Of a DNA stretch of 64,000 bases, positions 21,668 to 32,468 are shown piece by piece. This DNA comes from Alphaproteobacteria bacterium (GTDB taxonomy: Bacteria; Pseudomonadota; Alphaproteobacteria; SHVV01). The notes beneath the pieces were generated by a model that was not told the DNA's origin, did not search any database, and worked only from the letters and a program-made list of their open reading frames with translations. The stretch spans positions 4,608,001 through 4,672,000 of the forward strand of contig OZ253470.1 in NCBI GenBank assembly GCA_965261735.1. Reading direction: 5' to 3'. Each line of letters starts with the position of its first letter. Position 1 is the first letter of the stretch. Made by a program: the position numbers and the translations under genes.

Positions 21668-22759
21668 CTAGGCCTCTAGCTCAATCCCGTAGAGCGTCGC
21701 AACGTTGTCGGCCACCAGGCGCCGCCGTTCGCCTTCCGGCACGCCGGCGAGGATTTCCGTGTCGAGTCGATCGCGGATGTTAGGAAACGCGCACGGCGGA
21801 TGAGGAAAGTCCGAACCCCACAGCATGCGCCCGACGCCAATGTCATCGCGCAGCTTGGCGGCCATCGGGTCGTTGATGAAACCGACATGGACGTTGTCGT
21901 CGAGGTACCGCGCGGCGGGCTTTGCCAGCCGATGAAGCCCGGGAAACTTCTCGATCCGGTCGAGGCGGTAGCGCAGCATCGGTACCCATGATGCGTCGAA
22001 TTCAGACAGATAGACCTGCAGCTCTGGGAAGCGGTCGAAAATGCCGCCAAAGATGAACTCGTTGGCCACTACGGGGGCCGCCTCCGCGAAATAGCTGATG
22101 AAGGTCTTGGGCACGTTCTGGATATCCTCGGCAAAGCACGTGCTCGGATCGGGCACGCTGCCCGTGCCGGAATGAAGCGTGACCGGAAGGCTCTTCTCGG
22201 CGGCCGACCGCCAGATGGCGTCGTAGCGCGCGTCACGATAGGGCGCGGCGCCGTCGACCGGATTGACCGGCACCATCACGCCGCGCGCACCCTTGGCGGC
22301 TGTCCGCTCGAGCTCCGCCAGGGCCCAGCCGACATCGTCGACCGGCAGGAGCACGACGGCTATGAGGCGCCGCGTGTCGTGCGATGCATATTCGAGCATG
22401 TAGTCGTTGAACACGGAGGCGCAGGCTTGGCGCAGGTCGTCGTCGAGGATCCGTGGTGTCGTCATCGCGAAGGACGCGTTGAGTATCTCGGAGGCGATCC
22501 GCTCCGCCTCCATGATCCCGAGGCGTACCGCGGGATCGCGTCCGGCCGCCTGTAGGCGGGCGTAGCGTTCCTCCTGGTCGATATCGCGCGAGGTGCCGAG
22601 ACGCAGCACGTCGCGGCCGGTAAAGAAGTAGCTGCCGGGTTCGCCGGCGTAGCTATTGGCGAAATGCGGAACCCGATCGCCCCACTTCGGCCCGAGCGCG
22701 GCCGACCACAGGTCCACCGGCTCGAGGACATGGGAGTCCGCGGAGATGACGATGTCCAT
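21668..22759 (-). CDS. Amidohydrolase_2 family protein
   Basis: ISADSHVLEP, PVTLH, GGIFDRFPEL, WGSDFPH. Confidence 0.85.
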   Translation of the reverse strand: MDIVISADSHVLEPVDLWSAALGPKWGDRVPHFANSYAGEPGSYFFTGRDVLRLGTSRDIDQEERYARLQAAGRDPAVRLGIMEAERIASEILNASFAMTTPRILDDDLRQACASVFNDYMLEYASHDTRRLIAVVLLPVDDVGWALAELERTAAKGARGVMVPVNPVDGAAPYRDARYDAIWRSAAEKSLPVTLHSGTGSVPDPSTCFAEDIQNVPKTFISYFAEAAPVVANEFIFGGIFDRFPELQVYLSEFDASWVPMLRYRLDRIEKFPGLHRLAKPAARYLDDNVHVGFINDPMAAKLRDDIGVGRMLWGSDFPHPPCAFPNIRDRLDTEILAGVPEGERRRLVADNVATLYGIELEA

Positions 22760-22787
22760 GGCGCTGCGGCGCCGGCTCGGGCGGCAG

Positions 22788-23801
22788 CTAGCTCGCCTCT
22801 TCGGCGAGCAGCGAAGCGACGATGCGGCGCGCCGAGAGGGGGCCCGCGTCGACCGGGATATTGACCATATCCGGGTCTCCACCAAGCCCGTCGATCATCG
22901 CTTGCTGCCCTTCGAGGATCGCGATGTCCTGACTGAGCAGATGAGTATTGGCCTCCTGCAATTGCTCGCTGACTTCTTCGTCGTGCCCGAAGTTTCGCGG
23001 ACTCGACCAGAAGTGGTAGGTGAAGCGCTCAGTCGCCGGCGTGATGCCGTTCAAGAAGTGATACATCAGCGCGTTTGTCTCTTCACCCTCGGCCGATCCG
23101 GTCGGCGCCGACCACGACAGGATGTTGATGTGCGAGGGTGGCATCCATTCAACCAGCTGCTTGCGGTCCATGTTGCCGTCCCAACCCATCCAGCGCTGGT
23201 GGTACAGCGGCGGCGGCACGTTCTTGAAGCGGCGCACGATACTGACGGTCTCGCCCTGGACGTCCGTCTTCAGCGGGACTTCGGCGGTATTCACAGACGG
23301 GCCGATCGTCTGCTGGTGGACGTAGTTGATATGTGACAAGTCGAGCAAGTTGTCGACCAGAAGCTGGTAGTGGCATCGGATATCGAGCCGTCCCTCCGAA
23401 GCGCTCCAGCCGGGGTCGTCGTTCCAATGAAAATTCGGAATCTTGGCTTCGTCGGCGCGCTCGCGATCGCCCATCCAAATCCACAGCCAACGCCACTTCT
23501 CGACCAGCGGATAGGTCGTCAGGTGGCACTGCGCTGGAATGTTTACCTGTCCCGGTAAAACCGTGCACGTCCCGGTGGCATCGAAACGAAGTCCGTGGTA
23601 GCCGCACTGCACCTCGTCCCCGATCAGCCTCCCCTGTGCGAGCGGCAAGCTACGATGGGGGCAGTTGCCCTGAAGCGCCACCGCTTGACCGGCCTCGGTC
23701 CGGTACAGAAGGACCGGTTTGTCCAAGATCCACCGGCCGAGCAATTCGCGCCCGACCTCGCTCGATAGCGCCGCGACGTACCAGTGATTTTTCAAGAACA
23801 T
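22788..23801 (-). CDS. Rieske non-heme iron oxygenase alpha subunit, VanA/TsaM-like
   Basis: FLKNHWYVAA, CPHR...CGYHG, DNLLDLSHINYVH, QDIAILEGQQ. Confidence 0.88.
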   Translation of the reverse strand: MFLKNHWYVAALSSEVGRELLGRWILDKPVLLYRTEAGQAVALQGNCPHRSLPLAQGRLIGDEVQCGYHGLRFDATGTCTVLPGQVNIPAQCHLTTYPLVEKWRWLWIWMGDRERADEAKIPNFHWNDDPGWSASEGRLDIRCHYQLLVDNLLDLSHINYVHQQTIGPSVNTAEVPLKTDVQGETVSIVRRFKNVPPPLYHQRWMGWDGNMDRKQLVEWMPPSHINILSWSAPTGSAEGEETNALMYHFLNGITPATERFTYHFWSSPRNFGHDEEVSEQLQEANTHLLSQDIAILEGQQAMIDGLGGDPDMVNIPVDAGPLSARRIVASLLAEEAS

Positions 23802-23973
23802 CTCTTCGATCCGCTCGGTTGTTGTCGACTCGGGACTCCGCCGGGTGGCGCCTCCGTTGGCGTGGAAACGCTATCACGAGCGGCCATCACGGTCGCGTAC
23901 GATCAGAGTTCCATGCGATGGTACCCGCGTTTCCGGCAGGCGGCAGCGAGAACGGGTTCGCGGAGCGCAATCC

Positions 23974-25470
23974 ATGTGGCGGCCACCCGAGCGAATCAGA
24001 TGGACGCCCGAGGCCGGCCCCTGGCCGAGCGCGGAGGAGGCGGCCGCATCGCACCTGTTCAGTCCCGTTAGCATCGGTCCCACTAGGCTCGAAGCGCGAA
24101 CGTGGGTGCCGGCCATGGTGCCGTGGCGGGCGACGGAAGACGGCTTCGTTACGCCCGCCATCGTCGACTGGTACGAGCGCTTCGCGCGCGGCCGCCCGGG
24201 TGCCATCGTCGTCGAGGCGACCGGCATTCGCGACATCCCGAGCGGGCCGCTGCTTCGAATCGGTGACGACCGCTTCATACCCGGCCTCAAGAGCCTCGTT
24301 GAGGCGGTGCGGCGCGCGAGCGGAGGCCACACGCGCCTCCTCATTCAGGTCATCGACTTCCTCACCGTGCGACGCCGTCCCGAGCCGGCCAAGTATTTTG
24401 GCCGTTTTCTCGAGGTCACCGATCGCCACCGCCGAGCCCTGGGTGCCGAGGGATGGCCCGACGAGGCGGTTCGCGGGCGCCTGGTGCAGCTTAGTGCGGA
24501 CGAGCTCGACGACATCCTAGACACGCGCGAGCTCGAGTCGCTCCGCCTCGGCTACCGCGAGCGCGTCACCGATACCCACCTGCCCCATATCCGCGACTTG
24601 CCGAGGGTCCTGCCGGATCTGTTCGCCGGCGCGGCGCGGCGCGCCCGCGAGGCCGGGTTCGACGGCGTCGAGCTACACTACGCGCACGCCTACACGATGG
24701 CGTCGTTTCTGTCGGCGCTCAACGACCGCGACGACGGCTACGGCGGGCCGCGCGAGAACCGGGTTCGCCTGGCGCTGGAAGTGCTCACTCGGGTGCGCCC
24801 CGAGGTCGGCGATGATTTTGCGCTCGGTTGCCGGTTCCTGACCGAGGACTGCATCCCCAGCGGGGGCACGACCGAGGACGCCGTGTTCTTTGGTACAGCT
24901 TTCGCGCGCGCCGGCATGAACTTCCTGTCCCTCTCGCGCGGCGGCAAGTTCGAGGATGCCAAGCAGCCGGCGGTCGGTCACGCCGTGTACCCCTACACCG
25001 GCCCGAGCGGCTACGAGTGCATGCCGCAGTTCATCTCCGACCGGCGCGGCCCGTTCGGCCGCAACGTCGAGGCGGTCGCGCGGGTGCGCGCCGCGGTGCG
25101 CGGGGCCGGCTTGGCGACGCCGGTCATCGTCACCGGCGGTATCCACGGATTCCGCCAGGCCGAGCAGATCCTCGCGCGCGGGCAGGCCGACATCATCGGG
25201 CTCGCCCGACAAAGCCTGGCCGACCCCGACTGGTTCCGTAAGGTGCGGCTCGGGCGCGGCGACGAGGTGCGGGTGTGCGAGTACACGAACTACTGCGAGG
25301 CCCTCGACCAGAAGCACGTGCCGGTGACCTGTAAGCTGTGGGACCGGGTCGGTAGGGAGGAGCCCGGCATTCGCACGACGCCGGACGGCAGGCGGCGTCT
25401 CGTGGCGCCGCGCTGGGATCCCGGCCAATCAAGCCAGTCGTATCCATCAACACGAAACGGGAGATCATGA
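23974..25470 (+). CDS. NADH:flavin oxidoreductase (old yellow enzyme family)
   Basis: LFSPVSIG, PAMV, AGFDGVELHYAHAY, NDRDDGYGG..ENR, LARQSLADPDW. Confidence 0.82.
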   Translation: MWRPPERIRWTPEAGPWPSAEEAAASHLFSPVSIGPTRLEARTWVPAMVPWRATEDGFVTPAIVDWYERFARGRPGAIVVEATGIRDIPSGPLLRIGDDRFIPGLKSLVEAVRRASGGHTRLLIQVIDFLTVRRRPEPAKYFGRFLEVTDRHRRALGAEGWPDEAVRGRLVQLSADELDDILDTRELESLRLGYRERVTDTHLPHIRDLPRVLPDLFAGAARRAREAGFDGVELHYAHAYTMASFLSALNDRDDGYGGPRENRVRLALEVLTRVRPEVGDDFALGCRFLTEDCIPSGGTTEDAVFFGTAFARAGMNFLSLSRGGKFEDAKQPAVGHAVYPYTGPSGYECMPQFISDRRGPFGRNVEAVARVRAAVRGAGLATPVIVTGGIHGFRQAEQILARGQADIIGLARQSLADPDWFRKVRLGRGDEVRVCEYTNYCEALDQKHVPVTCKLWDRVGREEPGIRTTPDGRRRLVAPRWDPGQSSQSYPSTRNGRS

Positions 25471-25862
25471 TGTTGAAGCGACATAATCCGGAGACCATCG
25501 CCGAGGCCTATGGCAGGGGCTACAGCCAAGCCCTCGAAATCGCGCCAGGTGCGCGCTGGCTGTTCACGGCCGGGCAAGTCGGCGCACGTCCCGATGGCAC
25601 CACCGCAGACGGTTTCGCCGCACAGGCGGACCAGGTGTGGGCCAATATCATGGCGCTCCTCGATGAGGCCGACATGGGGCCTGCGGACATCGTCAAGATC
25701 ACCGGCTTTATCGTCGGCAAGGAGAACTTCCCGGCTTACGCGGCCGCCCGAAAGAAGGTGCTCGGGGATTTGCGCCCGGCATCCACCGCCATCATCGTGC
25801 CGGCGCTGGCGTTGCCCGAGTGGCTCGTCGAAATCGAGGCCGTCGCCGCCAAAGCACCTTGA
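25467..25862 (+). CDS. RidA/YjgF family protein
   Basis: YSQA, LFTAGQVG, PAST, LVEIEAVA. Confidence 0.88.
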   Translation: MMLKRHNPETIAEAYGRGYSQALEIAPGARWLFTAGQVGARPDGTTADGFAAQADQVWANIMALLDEADMGPADIVKITGFIVGKENFPAYAAARKKVLGDLRPASTAIIVPALALPEWLVEIEAVAAKAP

Positions 25863-25929
25863 GGGGCGCCATAAGCGTGTAAAATACCGGTGGAGCCGGT
25901 GCGCTCCTCGGCCAGAAACGGAGGTGGGC

Positions 25930-26970
25930 ATGGAGTACGCGGTTTTCTTCAACATCCAGTGCCGCGAGGAGCAGGACTACAACGCGCTCTATCGGAATCG
26001 GCTCGAGGAGTGCGTGTGGGCGGAGAAGCTCGGTTTCGGCGCTTTGTTCGTTGCCGAGCATGCGTTTTGCGAGCACGGCCGGCCCTCACCCGCCGTGACG
26101 CTGGCTCACGTTGCCGCGCGGACCAGCCGTATTCGGCTGGGAACCGCGGTGTGCGTACTGCCCTGGCACAATCCGCTGGAGGTCGCACAGGATTACGCGA
26201 CGCTCGATATCATGTCGGAGGGTCGGCTCGACTTCGGCGTCGGCAGGGGGGCCTTCAAGGTCGAGTTCGACGGCTACGGCTTGGACTGGGAGGACTCACG
26301 GCCGCGCTACGAGGAGGCCCTGGAAATCATCCTCAAGGCGTGGACGGGAGAGCCGTTCTCCTACGACGGCCAGTTCTTCAAAATACCCGAGGTGGCGGTC
26401 AATCCGGTGCCGGTTCAACGCCCACACCCGCCGCTATGGTCGCCGACGCTTACCGCCGAGACGATGGCCCTCGCCGTCGCCCAGGGCATCACGCCCATGG
26501 TCGGCGCCTCGTTCAGTCCGCTCGAACTCGTCAAGAAGAATTTCGGCCACCTGAAGGACGCCATGACGGCCTCGAGCCGCAACGACATGCGTCGCGTCGG
26601 GCACCCGCTTATCTTCCTCAGTGACACCGTTGACAAGGCCCGGGAGGAGGCGAGAGAGAGCGTCGAGTGGCTCGTCCAGGACTTCGCCAACATGTTCACG
26701 CTTCCCGAGGGAGAGGCATATCCGGCAAAGTTCGCGTTCCAGGAGAAGATGGCCGCGCGCATCCGCTCGCTCACGTTCGAGAAGATCGTGAGCGAGGATC
26801 TCATGTGGATCGGAGATGTGGCCTACATCACGGACCGTCTGCGCTGGCTGCGCGACGACTGCGGGGCGAACTACTTCCTCTCGAACATGAGCCCAGGCGG
26901 CCTCGAGCACGAGAAGGTCATGAAGTCGATGGAGCTGTTGTCGACGAAAGTGATGCCGCAGCTGTCCTAG
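25930..26970 (+). CDS. Luciferase-like (LLM) flavin-dependent monooxygenase
   Basis: AEKLGF..AEH, TSRIRLGTAV, GRLDFGVGRG, PVQRPHPP; its stop TAG lies in the IS630 target CTAG. Confidence 0.88.
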   Translation: MEYAVFFNIQCREEQDYNALYRNRLEECVWAEKLGFGALFVAEHAFCEHGRPSPAVTLAHVAARTSRIRLGTAVCVLPWHNPLEVAQDYATLDIMSEGRLDFGVGRGAFKVEFDGYGLDWEDSRPRYEEALEIILKAWTGEPFSYDGQFFKIPEVAVNPVPVQRPHPPLWSPTLTAETMALAVAQGITPMVGASFSPLELVKKNFGHLKDAMTASSRNDMRRVGHPLIFLSDTVDKAREEARESVEWLVQDFANMFTLPEGEAYPAKFAFQEKMAARIRSLTFEKIVSEDLMWIGDVAYITDRLRWLRDDCGANYFLSNMSPGGLEHEKVMKSMELLSTKVMPQLS

Positions 26971-28117
26971 TGGATTGATCGGAACGAAAGAGTCCGATTT
27001 GAGATTCCGTATTGTGCGGTGTCATGCGAGTCTGTGCTATGCGCACCGGCATCCATTTTACTGTCACGTCTGGCGACCGTCAGCGATTGCAAGCTATCGT
27101 CGCGGACCCGAAGAGCTCGCAGAAACATGTCTGGCGGGCGCGGATCATCCTGAAGAGCGACGAGGGGCTCGGGAACTCGTCGATCATGGCCGAGACCGGC
27201 AAGTCCAAGACCTGTGTCTGGCGCTGGCAGGAGCGGTTCATGCACGAGGGTGTCAACGGCTTGCTTCGCGACAGGTCCCGTCCGCCTGGCAAAGCGCCGA
27301 TCCCGCCGGAGCGCGTCGCCGAGATCGTCCGCCTGACCCAGCAAGCGCCGCCGCACGAGGCGACCCACTGGACGCTGCGCGCGATGGCGAAGGTTGCTGG
27401 CGTCGCGGCGTCGACGGTCCAAGCGATCTGGAAGGCCCATGGCCTCAGCCCGCACCGCTGGCGGCACTTCAAGCTCTCCAATGATCCCGCCTTCGCCGAG
27501 AAGCTCACAGATATCGTCGGCTTGTATGTCGATCCGCCGGCCCATGCCGTGGTGCTGTCGGTTGATGAGAAATCACAGATCCAGGCGCTCGACCGCACCC
27601 AACCCGGCTTGCCGATGAAGAAGGGCCGCGCCGGTACGATGACCTATGATTACAAACGGCATGGCACGACGACGCTGTTCGCCGCGCTCAACGTGCTGGA
27701 CGGTACGGTCATCGCACAGAACATGCAGCGCCACCGCCATCAGGAGTTCATCCGCTTCCTCAACCGCATCGAGCGCGAGGTGCCGACGGACAAGGCCGTC
27801 CACGTCATCCTCGACAACTACGCCGCGCACAAGAAGGACAAGGTCCGCGCCTGGCTCGCCCGCCATCCACGCTGGACCTTCCACTTCACGCCAACCTCGT
27901 GCTCGTGGCTCAATGCCGTCGAGGGCTTCTTCGCCAAACTAACGCGGCGCAGGCTCAAATACGGCGTCTTCCAATCCGTCGTCGACCTTCAGGACGCCAT
28001 CAACCGATTTGTCCGCGAATACAATGACGCAAACCCAAAACCCTTCATCTGGAAAGCCGACCCCGATCATATCATCGCCGCACGAAACAGAGGGTTCCAA
28101 ACGTTGGAATCAATCCA
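26971..28117 (+). mobile_element. IS630-family element, copy 1 (transposase 27039-28121)
   Basis: Ends TGGATTGAT.../...ATCAATCCA flanked by CTAG on both sides; SVDEK, YKRHGTT, ILDNY, SWLNAVE; 1147 bp. Confidence 0.93.
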
Positions 28118-28145
28118 CTAGCGGCTCGCTAGGGCCGGTCGGCCT

Positions 28146-30407
28146 TCAGTAGTTGGAGCCGTTCAGCGCCTCCCACACGAGCCGGTCGAAGTGGTGGGTG
28201 CCGTGCTCGCTCACCGATGAGCGGACCGCATCGACCATGAGCCGTCCCTGGCTATAGCCGCGTGCCTTGAGCCCGGCCGCCTGTCCCTCCATCGCCGCCA
28301 CGTCCTGCGGCCACACCACGTCCCGATACTGGTTCATATGCGCCAGGTCGTGCTCGGTCGGCGGATCGTTGAGGCAATAGTTGTAGATCAGCCGATAGGC
28401 GTGCTCGGGCCCATCGGGGACGGCGCGCAGGACCTTGAAGTTGCTTGGTCCCTGGTGGGTGACGAACACCAGGTTCGGCCAAAGGTAATAGACGTTGATG
28501 TCCATGACCGTCGCCGGGCCCACGTCGTAGGGCAGCTTGTGGCGCATGGTCTCGATGACCTTGCGATTGCCGTAGGATGTGTGCTTCTGCCAGTAGTCAT
28601 ACTCCTGCCCCACGAAGCGGCGCTCGATGAACTCGTCGGCGCCGACCTTGTTTTGCGGGTGGATGACGGGGCAGTGGTAGCACTCCAGGCCATCGAGGAT
28701 CGATTTCCAGTTGGCGCGTACCGCCATCGTGTCGAGCCGCGCGAGCTTGAGCGACTCGTAGTCCGGCACTGAGGCGAGAATGTCGTCTTCGAGCCCGGGG
28801 ACGAGGTCGGCGAGCGGCGTTGCCTCCGGATCGAGGTTGACGAACACCATCCTGGCCAAGATTTCGACCTGGATTTCCGCGAGGCTGAAATCCTCCAAGC
28901 TGAAGCCGGCCACGTTCTCGGCGTTGCCGGCCGCCCTGAGCGCTCCCGTAGCGTCGTACGACCAGGCGTGGAAGGGGCAGGTGAAGATGGTCTTGTTGCC
29001 CTTACCCTCGGTGAGGATGTGCCCGCGGTGCATGCAAACGTTGTAGAAGGCTTGCCTGTCCGGTTTACACCCACACCCACTAGGGCTAGAATGGGCGCAA
29101 CCCGGATATAGGGGAGCGCGCCATGGATGTTCTCGACCGCGCCGATCTCCCATTCCCGCATTCGCTACCCGAGTTCCAGCGACTTTTCCCCGATGATGCG
29201 GCCTGCGCCGCCTACCTGGAGAAAGCCCGCTGGGGAGACGGCTTTGCCTGCCCGCACTGCGGCACGGCGGGAGAGCCGTTCCACTTTGAAAACCGCCCTG
29301 GCGTCCTGCGCTGCCGCAAGTGCCGCCAGAACACCGGGCTGACGGTGGGAACAGTGATGGAGCGTAGCCACACTCCGCTGAACGTCTGGTTCTGGGCCGC
29401 TTATCTGGTCGCCAGTCAGACGCCCGGCATGTCCGCCGTGCAGTTTCAGCGGCAACTTGGTCTTTCGCGCTACGAGACGGCCTTTCAAATTCTCCACAAG
29501 CTCCGCTCGGGCATGGTGCGGCCCAACCAAGACAGGATCGGTGGACAGCCCAAGAACCATGTTGAGGTGGACGAAACCTGGGTTGGCGGGCGAACGCGTG
29601 GGGAAGGCCGTGGTGTTCACCACAAGGTTCCCGTCTCCTGTGCCATCGAAGTGCGTCATCGAAAGCCGGGCACCAAGCTCGACAACCGGAAAGACGGACG
29701 CTATGCCGGACGCGTTCGGCTCGCCGTCGTGCTCGACCGTAGCGCCGAGTCGCTCTGTGGGTTCGTCGAGAGCACCGTCGCGCCGCGATCGCTGATCGTT
29801 ACTGACGATTGGAGCGGCTATGCTGGCCTCGGTAAGCGCGGCTATGAGCACTTCGCTGTTGCCGAGTGTGGTGATCCAGAGGTTGCCGAGCAATACCTGC
29901 CGATCATCCATCTGGTTTTCGCCAACCTGAAGACGTGGCTGATCGGTATCCACCACGGCGTTAGCCACCAGCACCTACAAGCCTACCTCAACGAGTTCAC
30001 CTTCCGCTTCAACAGGCGGTTCTACCCGTTCAACGCCTTCCGCTCATTGCTCGGCATCGCGGGCGACACCTCTGCTCCAACCTATGCCGAGCTTTACTCG
30101 GGAGAGTGGCGGCACCCTACATGTAGCGGTCATGGGTGTTAACCGGATAGGAAAGGTAGAAGGCTCGAACCCGCCCGTCCTTGCCGTGCACCACGAAGAC
30201 CTTCTGGTCGAGGATTTCGGCGGTGAAGTAATCGCCCGGTGAGGCCAGGTCGCTGACGTGGCCGACGAACTGCCAGGTCCTGAACCAGATCGCCTCTTTC
30301 TCGCACTCGTAGATCTCCGGGTCCCAATAGAGGTAGCTCGGCAACGTGCCCGAGAGCTCAGCTTCGGGCCGGAACGCGGTCTTCGAAAGCGTCTCCGTCG
30401 GGGTCAT
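28146..30407 (-). pseudogene. CntA/YeaW-like Rieske oxygenase alpha subunit (paralogue 1), interrupted by IS1595
   Basis: Removing the IS and one GTAGAAGG copy restores ...GRVRAFYNVCMHRGH...CPFHAW...DGLECYHCPVIHP...WPQD...SEHGTHHF. Confidence 0.9.
29051..30155 (+). mobile_element. IS1595-family element A, copy 1 (transposase 29123-30142)
   Basis: IRs CTTGCCTGTCCGGTTTACACCCA / TGGGTGTTAACCGGATAGGAAAG; 8-bp duplication GTAGAAGG at 29043-29050 and 30156-30163; CPHC..CRKC, EVDET, TDDW, YLNEFTFRFNRR. Confidence 0.92.
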
Positions 30408-30420
30408 GTTCGGCTTTCCC

Positions 30421-31575
30421 TTACGCGGCCTCGTACTCGGGGCCGTTCAACGCCAGCCAAACCAGATTGTCGAAATGGTGCGTGCCATGCTCGCTGCGCC
30501 ACGAGCGCTCAGCATCGACCATCAAGCGGCCGCCGCCATAGCCGCGCGAGCGTACGCCGGCAGCCTGCAACTCCATAGCGCGTTTGTCCTGCGGAAAGAC
30601 GATGTCGCAATAGTTGTCGATGTTGGCACGGTCGTAAGCGCTCGGCGGGTTCTGCAGGCAGAAGCTGCGAATGTGCCTAACGGACGTCTCAGGTCCCACG
30701 GTCGTGGCGTGCAAGATCTTGAGATTGGTGGGTCCCTGGTGCGCCACGAAGATGAGATTAGGCCACAGGAACCAGATGTTGACGTCCTTGAGCGTCGCCG
30801 GACCGAAATCGTAGGGCAGCTTGTCCCGGTTCTTTTCGATTACCTCGTAATTGCCGACCACGACGTCGAGCATCCAGTACTCGTGCTCAGTGGTTTCGAA
30901 GGAGTTCGTGAGGTAGGAATCCTCCTTCCCCATCGCCTGCGGATGGATGACGGGGCAGTGGTAGCACTCGAGGCCGTCGAGGATGAACTTCCAGTTGGCG
31001 GCGACGTCGAAGGTCGTCGTTTCGACGTACACAAGGTCGTCGAAGCCCGGGATTCTCTCGCGCATGTTGTCGAGCATTCCGTCCGCCATATCCGCGAGCG
31101 GCCGCGCCTGCGCATCAAGGTTGACGAACACCATCCAACCCAGCGTCTCGACCCGGATTTCCGCGAGATGGAAATCCTCGTGCTGAAAGCCGGCGACGTT
31201 TTCGGCGTTGCCCGCTGCCTTCAAGGCGCCGGTCGTGTCGTAGGACCAGGCGTGGAAGGGGCAAGTGAAGATCCTCTTGTTGCCGCAGGCCTCGGCCAGG
31301 ATGTGCCCGCGGTGCATGCACACGTTGTAGAAGGCGCGCAAGCTCCCATCCTTGGCGCGGACGACCAGGATCGGCTGATCGATGAGCGTCGTCGTAATGA
31401 AGTCGCCGGGATTTTGCAGGTCGCCAAGATGGCCCGCATACTGCCAGGTCTTGAACCAGATTTGTTCATTCTCGCGCCGCCATATCTCGGGGTCGAAGTA
31501 GTAATGCGCGGGCAGCGTCCCCGAAACGTCGGCGTTGGCGGTAAAGTGGGCAATGGGATTGGCGCGCGCTGGCAT
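30421..31575 (-). CDS. CntA/YeaW-like Rieske oxygenase alpha subunit (paralogue 2)
   Basis: CMHRG...CPFHAW, NWKFILDGLECYHCPVIHP, WPN, FPQD, GRLMVD..SEHGTHHF. Confidence 0.88.
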   Translation of the reverse strand: MPARANPIAHFTANADVSGTLPAHYYFDPEIWRRENEQIWFKTWQYAGHLGDLQNPGDFITTTLIDQPILVVRAKDGSLRAFYNVCMHRGHILAEACGNKRIFTCPFHAWSYDTTGALKAAGNAENVAGFQHEDFHLAEIRVETLGWMVFVNLDAQARPLADMADGMLDNMRERIPGFDDLVYVETTTFDVAANWKFILDGLECYHCPVIHPQAMGKEDSYLTNSFETTEHEYWMLDVVVGNYEVIEKNRDKLPYDFGPATLKDVNIWFLWPNLIFVAHQGPTNLKILHATTVGPETSVRHIRSFCLQNPPSAYDRANIDNYCDIVFPQDKRAMELQAAGVRSRGYGGGRLMVDAERSWRSEHGTHHFDNLVWLALNGPEYEAA

Positions 31576-31723
31576 GGGCGTCCCTCCGGCGTGATGGAAG
31601 CATTGTGGGCTGCCCGGCCCGAGCGGTCAACGAATCGCGCTCGCTGGACCATGCCCGTGTGGCCGGTGTCAAGGGGCGCGACTACTATGGGGCAACGCTG
31701 CGGTCCAATCAGGCGGGACGGAG

Positions 31724-31990
31724 ATGCACGACATCGCCATTCGTCAGGAGATTGTCGACCGGGTGATCGCCAAGCGCAGCCGGTTGCACCTTCGAAAGTC
31801 TCGATCCCAAGAAGACCGCGTTCGTCGTGGTCGACATGCAGAACGCGTTCCGCGCGCCGGGCGCACCGGTCGAGGTGCCGGCCTCGCGCGGCGTCGTACC
31901 GGCGATCAACAGGCTTGCAGCCGAGGTCCGCCAGACGAATGGCACCGTCATCTGGATGGTGGGCGTGGTCAGGGACAGCGCCGGCATGGA
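31724..31990 (+). pseudogene. Isochorismatase/cysteine hydrolase 5' remnant
   Basis: MHDIAIRQEIVDRV... shifts frame into LDPKKTAFVVVDMQNAF...VPAINRLAAEVR..GTVIW, then breaks off. Confidence 0.6.
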
Positions 31991-31994
31991 CAAC

Positions 31995-32411
31995 CGGGGA
32001 GCTACCTCCGGGTCGTGCTCGGCGACCCGGAGAAGGTTACGTCGGCTCGCCGCCGCACGCCTATCTGGTGCACGTGCCTGAGGGTAAGAACGACCCCCGG
32101 ACCTCCACCGGATGCACCCTCGACGAGCTCCCCGGCGACAAGGAAGCCGTCCCCTGGGGTGAATACCCCTTGATGGGCGAGGATATTCTTATGTTGGCCT
32201 GAGCGGGGGCGGCGGCTACGGCGACCCGCTCGACCGCGATCCCGAGGCCGTGCCGCGCGACGTGAGCGGGAATCTCACGTCCGTGCACGATGCGAGGGAG
32301 CTCTACGGCTTCGTGTTTACCGAAGCCAACGGCGCCGTCGATGCCGCGGCGACGCAGGCGCGCCGCTCATCGATCCGTGCGGCGCGCACGGACGCATTGG
32401 CGGCGGCGTAG
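31995..32411 (+). pseudogene. Hydantoinase B 3' remnant
   Basis: SGGGGYGDPLDRDPEAVPRDV..ARELYG ending TAG 32409-32411; frameshifted, no start. Confidence 0.6.
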
Positions 32412-32468
32412 GCAGTCTTTCGGGGCCGGCCGAAGGTATTCGCGAGGGCCGAACGGCATCCAACCCGG

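Noticed and set aside
32200-32202. TGA in the hydantoinase B remnant as a second Sec codon
   Set aside because: The conserved GGGGYGDP continues in another frame, so this is a frameshift.
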